Assembly (NCBI GenBank): GCA_000165345.1
Contig: CM000432.1
Coordinates: 224,001-288,000 of the forward strand
DNA length: 64,000 nucleotides
Reading direction: 5' to 3'
A model generated the notes under the pieces. That model searched no databases. It saw only the letters and a program-made list of their open reading frames with translations, and was not told the origin of the DNA. A program made the translations under genes and the position numbers. Shown one piece after another: positions 22,147 through 34,991 of the stretch. The stretch's first letter is position 1. Every line of letters starts with the position of its first letter.

Positions 22147-22220
22147 TTTGCGCGCCAAAATTCTACGATTTTAATATTAATTAAATATTATTTGGGTACC
22201 CGTGTAATAGGCGCCAAATG
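22147..22220. promoter_or_regulatory. Divergent SF3b5/UTP13 promoter: E2F-like TTTGCGCGCCAAAA (22147-22160), GGTACCCGTG (22195-22204), GGCGCCAAATG (22209-22220)
   Basis: Seen directly. The element arrangement mirrors the one upstream of the ESS2-like gene (2196-2233). Confidence 0.45.
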
Positions 22221-22361
22221 TCAAATTTGAAATTTTATAATGTAAATAATTGGTCGAATTTTTTTTAGTTGCTAATTTAAACAATATTTAAAAAAAAAGG
22301 AAAAGCAAATAAAAAGTTCTCTTTTTGATTGGAAGTGCATTTATTATATTAAAATTATATA

Positions 22362-22411
<50 letters not shown>

Positions 22412-22569
22412 TCATTAAAGATTTGTTTTCTTACATTAATTTAAGCGACAAAATTGGAAAATATATATATTGAAATAATTTAATTTCCGGATCTAAAGAA
22501 ACACCAACATTCAACAAATACACTCATGAATAATTAAATCTTCTAAAATTTTGGCTAACACTTTTTATT

Positions 22570-22616
<47 letters not shown>

Positions 22617-22697
22617 ATTCTTTAAGAACAAAAGTAATAAAATCTATAATACTAAATAAACTCAACTCAAAAGTAATCGTTATAAAAGGTCAATAAA

Positions 22698-25600
22698 ATG
22701 AATACAGGTCTTGTAACAAGTAGTGATCCAATACTTTCATCCTCTTGGACAAAATACAAAGTTTTTAAAAAACTATATTCTGGTGGAAAAGTGGAATATG
22801 ATAATTATTCAAAAGTACTTTTTATGCTTTGTGATGGTTGTATTTTAGCTGTTTCAATAGAAAAAGGCCCATTCGTTATTTCAACAATTGGGCCTTATAA
22901 CGAAGATGAAAGTTTGGGAACTGAACATTCTGAAGAAATTGTCACTTTTGGATATTTTAATAAAAACATTAATAATAGATTAATACTTACAATTGGATCA
23001 AAAGGAATCTTTCGACTTTGGAAAGTTATTATTAAACATGATGAATTAGGAATTCTTAATTCTGTCCAATTTGAGTATTTGAGATCTTGGAAATCTGGTC
23101 AAGCTAGCATAGCAGAAATAGAATTTGACTCTACTGGACAATATGTTTCAACTGGTGGTACTGATGGTACAATTCAAATATATGATGCAATTGGAGGATT
23201 TACAACACATAATTTTAAGGCTCATAAATCTCTAATTACCAAATTAAAGTTTCATAATAAAAGGTGGCTTTTATTTTCAACTTGTGTTGAAGGATTTATT
23301 ATCATTTATGATTTAACAACAAATAAAATTATTGTAGAAACTAATTGTCATTATAGTTTAATCCATTCATTTGATTTATTTGAAATTAATTCAAATAGTA
23401 ATTCTCTTGGAGGATTAGTTACTTCTGGAGCTGATAATATGATTAATATTTGGGATCTTGATCAAATACCTTGTTCAGATTCAATTGGAGTATTTAATAA
23501 TAATACTTATAAGGATAACCAAGGAGACTTAAATGTTTCCAATAAGAAAAGAAAAAAGGACCATCATTCCAAATCTGAAAAAGACATGAATAAATTTGAG
23601 TTAAAACCAATAAAACAAATCCATACAACAGAGACTGCATTTTCTTTAAAATGTACCCCAAACGAACTTAATCTTAAAGATAATGGTGATAATGATAAAA
23701 TTAATCATAAAAATAGTCATAAAGTTAATTCAAAAAAGAAATGTCCATGGATTATTTTATCTGGTAATGAAAAATCTGGACTTCAAATTTGGAATCCAAT
23801 TGAAGGTTCTTCAATTAAAACTTTATCACCAAGCAGCTATTCTTCTAACCAGTCTGCAATTCTATACATGTTTTTAGACCATCAAAAAGAATCATTAAAT
23901 AGTAGGAGATCAGCAAATAGCTTTTTAATTTTGGTTACTGAAGATAGAAATATTGTAATTTTATCCTATCCAAGTCTTAAATTATTTACAACATTCTTTG
24001 GTAATACTCCTGATTACATCCAATTAGCTCTTTTTATTAATAATGATCCAAATAATCAGAGCTGTCTAGATTCAAAAGATAATTGTAATGTTGATATCAA
24101 TGACGATGATGATGATAATAATAATAATAATAATAATAGTGTTGGTACCGGTGATCATGATCGTGATAATATATTATCATTCAATGATAATAGCAAATCA
24201 ATAAGCTGTGTAATTCTAGATAGTACAGAAACTCCACAAATTATGTCTTTAAATAAATATCCATTTTATAAAAGCACTCTAATTGGTCATACAAGTACTG
24301 TTTTAACCATGGATATTTCCAAATGCTCCAATATCATTGCAACTGGTAGTAAAGATGAAACTATTCGAATTTGGTCCACTTATAACCAAGAATGTCTTTC
24401 AGTACTTACTGGACATACATCATTAATTACTGCATTATCTTTCCAAAAAAAGCCTTTTATACGTGGAAATACCAGCTTCTACTTATTTTCTGCTTCAAAT
24501 GATAATACTTTAAAGGCTTGGAATATTGCTAATGTAATGTCAAAAGACTTATCAAAATCTTGTAATAATGAATCAAATTCTATTATTGCTATACATAATG
24601 TAATAGCTCATAAGAAAGAAATTAACCATATTAATATATCCCATAATGATAAATTAATTTCAACATGTTCTGAGGATAAAACTATCAAAATTTGGTCTTT
24701 TCCTGATCTTAAACTTCAAGGAACTTGCAAAGGTCATCTTAGTGGTGTATGGCAATCTAGTTTCTCCCCAATTGAAAAAATTGTTGCAAGTGCTTCATCA
24801 GATTCTACCATTAAAATTTGGAATTTAAATAACTTTCAATGTACTAAAACTTTACAAGGCCATGATGGTTCAGTTCTACAAGTTGACTTTCTTGGAAATG
24901 GTCTTCAAATTATTTCTTGTGGATCTGATAATCTTATTAAACTGTGGAATATTAATACTGGTGAATGTATTAAGTCATTTTCTGGACATAATGATCGTAT
25001 TTGGACATTAAATCTACTTAAAGAATCAAATTTTACCCAATCTTCAATTAATAATAATAATCAAAAATCCAATCAATCCATATTAAATGATACTGGATCA
25101 TCATCTAGTTTACAAAAAACTAGATTTATGGTGACTGGTGGATCTGATTCTCAACTTATTCTTTGGATGGATAATACTAAACAAGTTGAAGATGAAAAAA
25201 ATCTTCAAAATCTTAAAAGAATTGAAGATCTTAATGAAATTGATATGCTTTTTAATAGAAAAGAGTATATTAATGCTTTAAATCTTTCTCTTGGACAAAA
25301 ATTACAATATAAAACTTATTTGATTCTTGAAAATCTCTTAAAGCCTTGTTTTAATCATGAAGAATTATTTAAAACACTCAATTCTGAGGAAAATTCCAAT
25401 GATACTACTACTCAAAATGAAATTAATTGCATTAAAAGTGTTGTTGAATGGATTAAGAGCTTACAAACTCAAGAATTATCAACTTTATTCACTTTTATGC
25501 TAGAATGGATTACGATTTCAAAGACTGTATGGATCTCTAATTCACTCATGTATATTATTTTATCAAAGATTGAAGCCAATAAACTTTATCAAATTGAAGG

Positions 25601-25826
25601 TTTTGTACAAATTGTGCAAGCATTTAGATCTTATAATACTAAGATCCAAGTTCATTTGTCTTCAATTTATCAGAAATCTTACATTTTAGATTATTTATTT
25701 CTTTCAAACCAAATTTCCCAGGCTAATGATCCCATTAACTTTAATAAAAAAGGAATTAATAATCAAAATAATTTAAAAGATCAAGCTCTTGGATTGACTT
25801 TAGATACTTTATTTAAAAACCAGTAA
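22698..25826 (+). CDS. U3 snoRNP / SSU processome component UTP13 (TBL3-like): WD40 repeats plus C-terminal Utp13 domain
   Basis: 1042 aa. Multiple WD40 units appear (e.g. GHTSTVLTMDIS...TGSKDETIRIWS, KIWSFPDLKLQGTCKGHLSGVW, IKIWNLNNFQCTKTLQGHDGSVL, IKLWNINTGECIKSFSGHNDRIW). The C-terminal ~250 aa are helical, as in TBL3/Utp13. Confidence 0.7.
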   Translation: MNTGLVTSSDPILSSSWTKYKVFKKLYSGGKVEYDNYSKVLFMLCDGCILAVSIEKGPFVISTIGPYNEDESLGTEHSEEIVTFGYFNKNINNRLILTIGSKGIFRLWKVIIKHDELGILNSVQFEYLRSWKSGQASIAEIEFDSTGQYVSTGGTDGTIQIYDAIGGFTTHNFKAHKSLITKLKFHNKRWLLFSTCVEGFIIIYDLTTNKIIVETNCHYSLIHSFDLFEINSNSNSLGGLVTSGADNMINIWDLDQIPCSDSIGVFNNNTYKDNQGDLNVSNKKRKKDHHSKSEKDMNKFELKPIKQIHTTETAFSLKCTPNELNLKDNGDNDKINHKNSHKVNSKKKCPWIILSGNEKSGLQIWNPIEGSSIKTLSPSSYSSNQSAILYMFLDHQKESLNSRRSANSFLILVTEDRNIVILSYPSLKLFTTFFGNTPDYIQLALFINNDPNNQSCLDSKDNCNVDINDDDDDNNNNNNNSVGTGDHDRDNILSFNDNSKSISCVILDSTETPQIMSLNKYPFYKSTLIGHTSTVLTMDISKCSNIIATGSKDETIRIWSTYNQECLSVLTGHTSLITALSFQKKPFIRGNTSFYLFSASNDNTLKAWNIANVMSKDLSKSCNNESNSIIAIHNVIAHKKEINHINISHNDKLISTCSEDKTIKIWSFPDLKLQGTCKGHLSGVWQSSFSPIEKIVASASSDSTIKIWNLNNFQCTKTLQGHDGSVLQVDFLGNGLQIISCGSDNLIKLWNINTGECIKSFSGHNDRIWTLNLLKESNFTQSSINNNNQKSNQSILNDTGSSSSLQKTRFMVTGGSDSQLILWMDNTKQVEDEKNLQNLKRIEDLNEIDMLFNRKEYINALNLSLGQKLQYKTYLILENLLKPCFNHEELFKTLNSEENSNDTTTQNEINCIKSVVEWIKSLQTQELSTLFTFMLEWITISKTVWISNSLMYIILSKIEANKLYQIEGFVQIVQAFRSYNTKIQVHLSSIYQKSYILDYLFLSNQISQANDPINFNKKGINNQNNLKDQALGLTLDTLFKNQ

Positions 25827-25946
25827 AATAAGTACTTTAATTTCTTCTTATTTCTTTCTTTATTTTTTTTCATCACTTTTTATTAGATATACTTTGAGTT
25901 GTATTATTTTATATAAGTATTTATTTATTAAATAAGCTTAAAACTT

Positions 25947-28022
25947 TTATAATGCTTGATAATTGTTTGCTGTATTATTATTACCATAATTACTATTCAT
26001 ATTAAATCCACTCAAAACTGAAATGATAAATCTCACTCCCTAAATAAATTAACATTGAATAAAGTGAATATAATTGTAAAAAAAAAGTTAGTTATTTGTT
26101 TTGTTAACTTACCTTTAAAACATATAATAATACAATACATGTAATAAAACCAATCAAAAACCAGACAATGTAACCTGCATTATATAAAGAATTTTCATTT
26201 AACATTTCAACAGAAATATTCTCAAGACTTGAAGAATCATCAGAAATCTTAATTTTTTCAATATTAGCATTATTAAATTCCATACTTTCTTTCTTATTAA
26301 TCTTTTTCTGTTGAGCAAATTTACTCTTTTTAAAGAATGTTGAAACCTAAGAAAAAAAAAGTGAAATAGTTAATTTTTGTATGAAATTTTGTTTTCTCTA
26401 ATTAATATATCAGGTAAACTTACATGACAAATTTCTTCTCCATAACATTCTTTTAATCTATTTGTTATAACTTGTCCATTATAAAGCAATCTAATATAAT
26501 AAGGTAGAGATTCTTGAACTAATTCTGCCTCATTGTCATCAAAATAGTCATAATTTTGTCTTTTTTCTATACTTAGTATTGGATTATTATATATCTCAAT
26601 GATAAATGTTGAAGCATATGGTGGCCAATGTTCATCCCAAATCTCTAAAGAAGCCAAAGTTGGAATAACAGTTGTATCATGTCCTGAAAATAAGATAAAT
26701 TTAGGTACTTTAATATGAACACCATCATTTAAAGAATAATAATGTTCATATTTATTACATAATGGATTAAGTAAATATTCAAAATTGGTTAAAGAATCTT
26801 TACCCTTGAAATTTGTACGTTGATTAATAATAGAACATAATCTCTTAATATTAGAAAATTCATCACTTTTGTTTTCATTAAATAATATTACATCCATTAT
26901 ATAATCTCTGACATCAAATAATAATCTGCTCATTTCAGATTTAGATAAAATTGAATCATTCCAAGTATATATTACAGATAATTCTTTTTCTATTGCAGAA
27001 ATAGTTCTATTTAGTAGATTATTTTCTATAAAAGCTTTTGGAAGCTTATTATGATTTCTTGTACAAATAGTTGTCATAATACAGTCCATAATATCACCAG
27101 GCCATAAATCTTTTAATAATGGAGTTCTAATCTTTTCTTCTAATTCTTGATATAAACTTTGATGTTTATCTACAATATCAAAATAAGACTTAGAACTTAG
27201 TGCAGCTTGAAGATGATCTGTAATATTTTCTACATTAGAATTTGCAAACAAATAATCAGACTGAATATCCATTGTATGTAGTGGAAATTTTTGAAATACT
27301 TTAAAAGTTTCCTCTTTGCCAACAAATTCTTCCAATAAACTGGTTAATAATGCAGCAGCAGAAACTGTAGTTCTTTGCATATCTGAAGATCTAATATATA
27401 TTTCATCTCTATAATTATGACCAATTCTTAATCCATTTCTTGTTACAAGATTTTCACCTTGTTTAAAATAAGCCTCAGCAAGTAGTTTTCCATTAATTCG
27501 ATGTTGTTCGTATCCTTGTAAGATTAGTTGACCCATTTTACAAGTTCCATTCAAGTTATTTTCCCATTGTCTAATATCATAATGTTTTGAGAATTCTAAA
27601 GTTTGTGTTCTGTTTCTCATATCAAAAGCCGCTGCTTGAACTGTTGTTACTAATTCGTCACAATTCCAACTTTGATTTAAACCTTCCCAGCATTTATGAT
27701 ACTTGGTTGGAGTTCTTGCACCATGTCTTATAATTGATTGAACTTGAATTAACTTCATTGAATCATATAATTTTGAGTCATTAATTTTGGGGATTTTTCT
27801 GGTTTTCTCAAATACGCTTGGCTCTGCACAAAAATTATAATATTCTGGACATAATCCATTAATAATACACTCTTGATCATTTTCTATAAAAAATTTATCT
27901 TGAGTAACTTCTTTCCATCTTTTGTTACTTAAATCACTATATTCATCCCTGAATTTTCCAAATACAACAAATTGATTCAGTATTAATTCAATTATAAAAA
28001 GTAATAATACAATTCTTTTCAT
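25947..28022 (-). CDS. Histidine acid phosphatase, membrane-anchored, 3 exons (paralog 1 of a tandem pair)
   Basis: Exons on the minus strand are 28022..26424, 26346..26113 and 26039..25947. The introns are 26423..26347 (77 nt, GTAAGT...TTCTTAG) and 26112..26040 (73 nt, GTAAGT...contains ACTAAC...TTTAG). The catalytic signature IIRHGARTP is present. The signal peptide is MKRIVLLLFIIELILNQFVVFG. Exon 2 encodes a transmembrane helix YIVWFLIGFITCIVLLYVL. Confidence 0.75.
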
Positions 28023-28056
28023 TTCTTATTAGTTTCTGAGTTCCAGCTTTGCATAC

Positions 28057-28093
<37 letters not shown>

Positions 28094-28535
28094 AATATAT
28101 ATCTATATATAAATAAATAAATATATATATATATTAATATAATGTATATATTTATTTATATATTTTATTTAATATATACTTCCAATATTTATCTTCAATA
28201 ACTTTTTTTTTTACTTATTTTAACAAATATTCATATTATATTTCACGTGATGTTAATTTGAAGAAAAAAAAAATTATTAAAAAGTTATATTAACTTCTAC
28301 CTTTTTCTCTCTATTGCTTTTTTAATTTCTTTTTTGTTTAAATTTAGATTATTATTCACATTTTCACGATTTTGTAATTAATTCATAATTTTTTGTATAT
28401 TAAGTTAACATATTTTCATTAAATATTTATAATTTTTGTTTCTATAAATTTCAGATTTTTCCCTCTTTTTCTCATTTTTTTCCATATTAATTATTTATCC
28501 AAAAAAAACTTTCTGTTATTTCCTCTTTTTTTTTC

Positions 28536-28590
28536 TTGCATGCGCATATAATTCTTGAATGCATGCATGCATTTTCATGTGGACGAATTA
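28536..28590. promoter_or_regulatory. Cluster CTTGCATGCGCAT...GAATGCATGCATGCATTTTCATGTGGACGAA: three GCATGC boxes plus an ATGTGGAC motif, upstream of acid phosphatase paralog 1
   Basis: Seen directly. The same GCATGC plus ATGTGGAC combination recurs at 59228-59362 and 63567-63662. Confidence 0.4.
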
Positions 28591-29188
28591 TTAATAGGCG
28601 GAAAAAAAAGTCAGTAGATTGTAGAGAGAAGAAAACAAAAAAAAATAAATAACTGATAATGAACTAATATAAAGTATAATTCGGTTTTTACATTAATTTG
28701 GACAAAATTGGTAAATTAATATACTAAACAGACCTCTAGTTTATCTAGAAAACTAATACTGTATGCTTAGAATATTCATTTTTAAAACACATATGATTAA
28801 ACATAATATTATTATTAAAAGAATAATTTTTACAAATGAAAATTCAATCAAATTTAAATAGATTGAATTTTAACACTTTGATCTAGAATTAATTGAATCT
28901 ACAAATTTCAAAATGTTCAATAATATTTAATTCACGCATATTCAATTAATTTCAGAATTTTCGAGATAACATTGTAAGAACAACTGACAATTTTAAAAAT
29001 AAGTTACATACAATTCCTTTGCAATTCTTTGACATGCAATTTAAATTAAAAAAAAAAGATGAGAATTAGAAACCCTTTTTTTTTGTAGTACTTTCACATC
29101 CCCATTAATTTAAAATTAAAACAATAATTCCCTGTTTGATATTTTTGACAAGTTTTAAATATCTTTCAAAGTTTTTATTTAGACAAGA

Positions 29189-31159
29189 TTAATTTGATTT
29201 CGATCTCATAGCCTAATTTATTGTGTTAATAGTTTTCAATTATAAGAAAAAAAGGAATACTTTATATATAACCTACCTTAATTGAATACAATATTATTAG
29301 GGAAGTTAAAGCCCCAAGTAAGAAAGACAAAGAGTAACTTAGGAAAGGAGTATTGATACGATAAACTCCATTGAAATTACCCTCAAGATTCTTTTGGTTT
29401 TTATTAGAAGAACCTTTAACAGAATCTGTCTCATTTAAAGATTTTTCATATTTATTTGTTGATTCTAATATTTCTTTTTTACCAATTTTTTCAAATTTGG
29501 CAAATTTACTTGTTTCGAAAAATTTGTAAGCCTAAAATTAAAATATTAAGTTAATTTAAATGACTTTCCATTAAATTAAAGAAATAAAAAACTTACATGA
29601 CAAATTTCGTTTCCTTCACATCCTTTTAATTTATCTGTTATAACCAATCCATTATATAATAATCTAACATAGTAAGGAAGATTCTTTTGAACTGATTCAA
29701 GTTTTAAAAGACTATTTGCCTCCCCTTTGTATTCCTGTTTTTCATAAGGATCATAATAAATCTCAAAATTAATAGTAGAAGCATAAGGTGGTAAGTGCTC
29801 ATCCCAAGCATGTAACGAAGATAATAATGGAATAACTGTCAAATCATGCCCTGAGAAAAGAATAAATTTAGGTGCTTTAATTTCCTTCTTGGAAGAATTA
29901 TGATACTCATATTTATTACATAAAGGATTGAGCAAATATTCAAAATTCATTAAAAGATCTTGGCTCATAAAAGCTTTGTTTAGAGCAGAATTTGAACATA
30001 ATTCCTTTATGTTTGATAATCCGTCATTTTTATTTTCATAGAATAATATAGCATCAAGTATAAAATCTCTAATTTCATACATAAATCTACTAATATCTGA
30101 TTTGGCTATAATTGAATCATTCCATGTAAACACAGAAGATACTTCTTTTTCTATTGTTGCCATGGTTCTTTCAAGTAGATTATTTTTATAAAAAGCTTCT
30201 GGAAGCTTATTATCATCCCCAGAACATATTGTCATAGATATACAATCAAGTAATTCAAATGGCCAAGATCTATTAAGATCATTTAATTTAGCATCTTTTT
30301 CCAATTCCATATATAAATGTTTACGATCTTCCAACAATTCTTGAAAATTTTTGGAGGTGAAAACATATTTTAATACTCGAGAATTGTCTACGAGGTTCTT
30401 ATTTGCAAACAAATATTCAGAATGAAAATCCATTGTATAAATGGGTAAATTTCTAAATCTTTGGAAAGTTTCTTCTTTACCAAAAATATTTTCTAATAAA
30501 CTTGTAATTAATGCAGCAGCAGAAACTATGGTTCTTTGTGTATCGGATGATCTAATATACATTTGATTTTTAAAATCACTAATTTCCAATCCACTCTTTG
30601 TTACCAAATGTTCTCCTTTAAAATAAGCTTTAGCAAGTATTTTCCCATTAATTCTATGTTGTTCATATCCTTGTGAAATGAGCTGACCCATCTTACAAGT
30701 ATTAGTTAAATTATTTTGCCATTGTTTTGTTTCATAATGTTTTGAGAATTTCAATGTTCGAGTTTTACTTTGTTTTTCAAAAGCTGAAGCGGAAATTAAA
30801 GATTTTAAATCACTACAATCCCAGTTTTGTTTATACCCTTCCCAACATTTAAATGATTTTACTGGAGTTCTTGCTCCATGCCTAGAAACTACTTGTAATT
30901 GAATTAATTCCAATCTATTAAATAGCTCTTCATCTCTTAATCTCGGGATTTTTTTAATTTCTTCAAGGTTGCTAGTATCTGCACAAAGACTAAATTCGGC
31001 AGGATTCACAATTTTTCCCAAATATCCATTTTCATCTACAACAAGATCACTCTCTAATGCATCTGAATTTGATGAAATTGTTTGATTCTTTCGCTCTTGT
31101 TTAATTACACAACCAACAAGGCTGAAAAATGACAGAAGTACAACAACTCTCATTTCCAC
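29189..31159 (-). CDS. Histidine acid phosphatase, membrane-anchored (paralog 2 of tandem pair)
   Basis: Exon 1 is 31159..29597 (VVSRHGARTP signature, signal peptide MEMRVVVLLSFFSLVGC). The first intron 29596..29532 sits at the identical position after ...EICH. Exon 2 is 29531..29277 and encodes a TM helix LSYSLSFLLGALTSLIILY. A putative short last exon 29212..29189 follows the intron 29276..29213, but this last exon is uncertain. The gene has the same orientation and the same exon structure as the gene at 25947-28022. Confidence 0.7.
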
Positions 31160-31790
31160 AGGAATCTTAATGTAACTGGATTCAATAAAACAAAAAAAAG
31201 ATTATTCGAAGTTATTTTAATAACTAAATTCTTGTCCTATTTTTCTCTAAGATTAGTTCGTATAGAATTTCAAATTTCTTTTCTTTCCAAAAAATTCCTT
31301 CAATTGATCTGACAAAAAAGGTGAGTAGAAAGAAAAATTAAACAAAGAAATTCTCCTTAAATGGTGTGTTTTTGTTAATATTAATCTGCTATTTCGAAAT
31401 CAAAACAACTAAATGTAATTAAAAACTAAACATGTTTTAAAATTCTTCAATCGTCTCCGTCTTGTCTTTAGCATTCATTTATTTTCAAATAAAAAATAAT
31501 TGAGCACAATTTTTGTATTTATTAAGTGGTTAAATTTTACATTGAACCACTTTTAATTTAACAAGTAATAAATTTACTGAATTTTAATAATTTTATCCAC
31601 ATTAAAATTTTAATTACGTGTTTGCATGCACATTTTTTTAAAAAATTATTAAATATACAAAATATTATTTTTCTTTTAAGAAGATTTTAATTAAAGAAAA
31701 AAACGAAAATTAATTATTAAAAAAATCGACGTTCAATTAAGTTTGAAAATGAATAATTATAGATAAAAACCAAAATTTGGATGTTTTGAA

Positions 31791-33890
31791 CTACTTTTTT
31801 TTTGACATATTTATTCTTAATGTAAATGGTTGTCTATTGTTGATATTTTTAATAAGATTTGGAACATTGTTAATGTTATTTCCATTATTATTATTATTAT
31901 TATTATTATTAGAATCTGTAATTTCAGAATAATTGTTACTAATATCACCAAATTCTTTTAATTTATCACAATTATTTTCAATGCATGATGTTTCGGATTC
32001 ATTTGAAATAATATTTGGGGTCTTTAAAGGTAGAACTTTAAGCTTTTTGCTAATATTATTGAGTTCATTATCACAATGAGTATCTGTCTGGATACTATTA
32101 TTAACATCACTTTTCAAATCATTTCCAACATTATTTAATTGACTTTTATTATTATTATTTAAACTCAAATCTCTTGTAATAGTATTATTTAGTTCATCCT
32201 CATTTCTAGCTCTTTTGTTAGAAGAACTTGTTGATTGTTGCGAAGAAATAAAGTTTGAAGTGGCCTCCTTAACTGAATTATGTACATTATTATTTATTGA
32301 AGCTTTAATAGCTTTAGCATTAATTCTAGATTGTTCTCTAAGATGTTTGGGAAGATCTTTGGCTCTCAAATGTCTAACTTTTAAATCGATCGAATCTTTA
32401 TAATTCTCGACTTCACTCCAATTCATAATAAAACCAACAAAATCTAATATTGCTCCTCTTAAATCTACAACTGGAGCAGTCCCTGAAGAATTTGAAACCC
32501 CTGTAACTCCTGTTGAACTTGAACCATTATTGCTATTACTATTATTTAAAACTAAACCAATATACATACTTTGAGCAAAAATAAATCCATCTTTAGCTTC
32601 ATCCTGTTCTTGAATAGCTTTTGGCCAAGGCCTAACTTGAAGACCCTTAAATGTTTCAAGTTTTCTGACCAAAAATCTTAATTTACTTTCAATCCATCCA
32701 ATCCATTTATGAAAAGCTTGTTCATTATTTGATAACATTTTTACCTGTATAAAATGTTTATGCTTTTCAAAAAATAAAAATGGTGACCAAACATCATGCC
32801 AAGTTGCTTTGTCATTTTCAATATCTTGAATTATACGATAAGCTCTTTGAAGTTCATCTGTTATTACTCCTAAAGTTGTATGTGTAACATTATGTGTTGA
32901 ATTCATTGAAGGAAATGCTGGTGTAATTATAGGCATTACATGTGCTCTATCTTGTGGATTTAAATTAGGATTCCATACTCTGAAACCCATTAATCCTGGT
33001 GTATTCTTAGGTACTTCTTTAATTTCACAGAGTATTACAGGATTTTTCCACTGCCATGTTTTATATATATAAAAGAATCGATTAATTATTTGACTTGGAG
33101 CAGCATTTGGATATAATTGACAAATTCTTGCTGTTAGTATTGCCCATGATATTCCACCTAAATAACCAAGTACATTACTATATATTCCTCTTGCCTTACT
33201 CCAATGTTTTACAAATCTTAAAGCTGTTCTAAATGATTCTTTATTTGGTACAAGTTGTAAAATCATATCATTTACTCTACAACCATTCAATGATCTTGCT
33301 GTTTTATCATCCACATTTTTAAGTAAATCATCATCCAGGGTATTTAAATCATTTGGAATTCTTGATAGATTTAAACATGCAAATAATAAATCCATTTCCA
33401 TTCCATGATAAACCATCTTAATAATTGGTGTATAAGCATCAGGTACCGGTTGTACTTTTGTTACATTAATATCTTGTTGTAATTTTGCTAAAAAGAATGA
33501 AAAAAATGATTCTCTTGAAATATGTCTTGGTGCTATACATAAAGTATCAATATCAGATCCTGCTGCTACAACTCCTAATCTGTATGATCCAAATGTAAAT
33601 ATTCCTCCACCAGCAGAAAGAGCTTCTTCTTCATTCATACTATGTTCTAGACTTGCTTCATATATCCATTCTCTAACTAATTTATTTAAAGAAGCTAATA
33701 CATATTCTCTTTTTTTCATACCTTCTACACTTTCATATAAATTCTCTTGTCTCATTGCAATTATTAAGTTTTCTGTTAATTTATAATCTTGAGGAGTTGC
33801 CATAGCTTCTGATATTGGTGGAGTCACACCATATTGCTTTTTAGGTACCGAAGTTAAACCTTTAGATAATTCCAAATTTACTAGATCCAT
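31791..33890 (-). CDS. PAP: Nuclear poly(A) polymerase (canonical PAP)
   Basis: 699 aa. QYGVTPPIS...GGIFTFGSYRLGVVAAGSDIDTLCIAPRH...LNGCRVNDMILQLVPN...SNVLGYLGGISWAILTARICQLYPN...HVMPIITPAFPSMNSTHNV aligns along its length with human PAPOLA, including the catalytic Asp triad region. The C-terminal tail is Ser/Asn-rich and non-conserved. Confidence 0.9.
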   Translation of the reverse strand: MDLVNLELSKGLTSVPKKQYGVTPPISEAMATPQDYKLTENLIIAMRQENLYESVEGMKKREYVLASLNKLVREWIYEASLEHSMNEEEALSAGGGIFTFGSYRLGVVAAGSDIDTLCIAPRHISRESFFSFFLAKLQQDINVTKVQPVPDAYTPIIKMVYHGMEMDLLFACLNLSRIPNDLNTLDDDLLKNVDDKTARSLNGCRVNDMILQLVPNKESFRTALRFVKHWSKARGIYSNVLGYLGGISWAILTARICQLYPNAAPSQIINRFFYIYKTWQWKNPVILCEIKEVPKNTPGLMGFRVWNPNLNPQDRAHVMPIITPAFPSMNSTHNVTHTTLGVITDELQRAYRIIQDIENDKATWHDVWSPFLFFEKHKHFIQVKMLSNNEQAFHKWIGWIESKLRFLVRKLETFKGLQVRPWPKAIQEQDEAKDGFIFAQSMYIGLVLNNSNSNNGSSSTGVTGVSNSSGTAPVVDLRGAILDFVGFIMNWSEVENYKDSIDLKVRHLRAKDLPKHLREQSRINAKAIKASINNNVHNSVKEATSNFISSQQSTSSSNKRARNEDELNNTITRDLSLNNNNKSQLNNVGNDLKSDVNNSIQTDTHCDNELNNISKKLKVLPLKTPNIISNESETSCIENNCDKLKEFGDISNNYSEITDSNNNNNNNNNGNNINNVPNLIKNINNRQPFTLRINMSKKK

Positions 33891-34306
33891 TTTTAATCTA
33901 ATAATAATTAATTAATAGAATATTTATTATATATTGATTTCAATAATTTAGTTATTATAGTATTCTTTTAATACTTTGTAATATACTACTTTCTCACTCT
34001 TTTTCTTTCCCCTTTTAAATCGAGAATAATGCCAGAGATGTAACTAAATAATCCAATAATATCTTTCAAGAACAAATTTTCTTAGATTCTTTTTTCTTCT
34101 CTTGTAAAATTCTCTATATATAATAATTATACCAACTTAATTTCCTATTTTTAAAATATGAGCTTTATATTTAAATTTACTCAGTCACAATTTTAGTTTA
34201 TTATAATAATTAAAATGTTAAAATAATAATATATTATTGATATATGTATACACGAATACTATTTAATCAATGTATACTAATTATATAGAAATATTAATAT
34301 AATTAA

Positions 34307-34338
<32 letters not shown>

Positions 34339-34888
34339 TTACACAAATAAGTATATAAATACAAATATAAATATATATATAAATACATATATGTATTTAT
34401 ATTTATGAATTCATATATATAAACATGTAAGAATCTATTTATTATTAAGCTTATTTTCTACTTGCTCTCAAAAATTCATCAATAGAGCCATCACGTTCTT
34501 TGTTTTGTTTTGATTAGAGTATATTATTATAAGACTATATAATGATTATGCACTTTTTCAAAGGGCCAGGATTAATTATTTATGATAAATTTAAACAAGA
34601 ATTCACTTTTATTTCTACTCTATATTAGGCTTTAAACAGCTCTTGAAAAGAAAAATCACAATTTTGATATGTTTAAACTCTTAATTTCTTTGAATTATAT
34701 CGATCACTCCTTCTTTTAATGTGAATTATCTTAATACTTTAATATTAGTAAGATATTCTTATTTAAATATAAAAAAATAAACTTCTCACAATTTTAAGTA
34801 ATTTATATTTCTTTTCGGTAATTGCATTAATTAATTATTCAACTTGTATATTGAATATATTGAATATGAACATTTTTGTCCAGAGTTA

Positions 34889-34911
34889 CCGCCAAATATT
34901 TGGCGCCAAAG
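34889..34911. promoter_or_regulatory. Tandem/inverted E2F-like boxes CCGCCAAATATTTGGCGCCAAAG about 80 bp upstream of the gene at 34992
   Basis: GCCAAATATTTGGC is an internal palindrome. Two TTTGGCGS half-sites lie in opposite orientation. Confidence 0.45.
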
Positions 34912-34991
34912 TCAATAATTCTGTATTTATTTGACAATAAAAAAACAAATCAGGAAAAAAAAAAAAAAAAAGAAAAGTAAATAAGGGACAA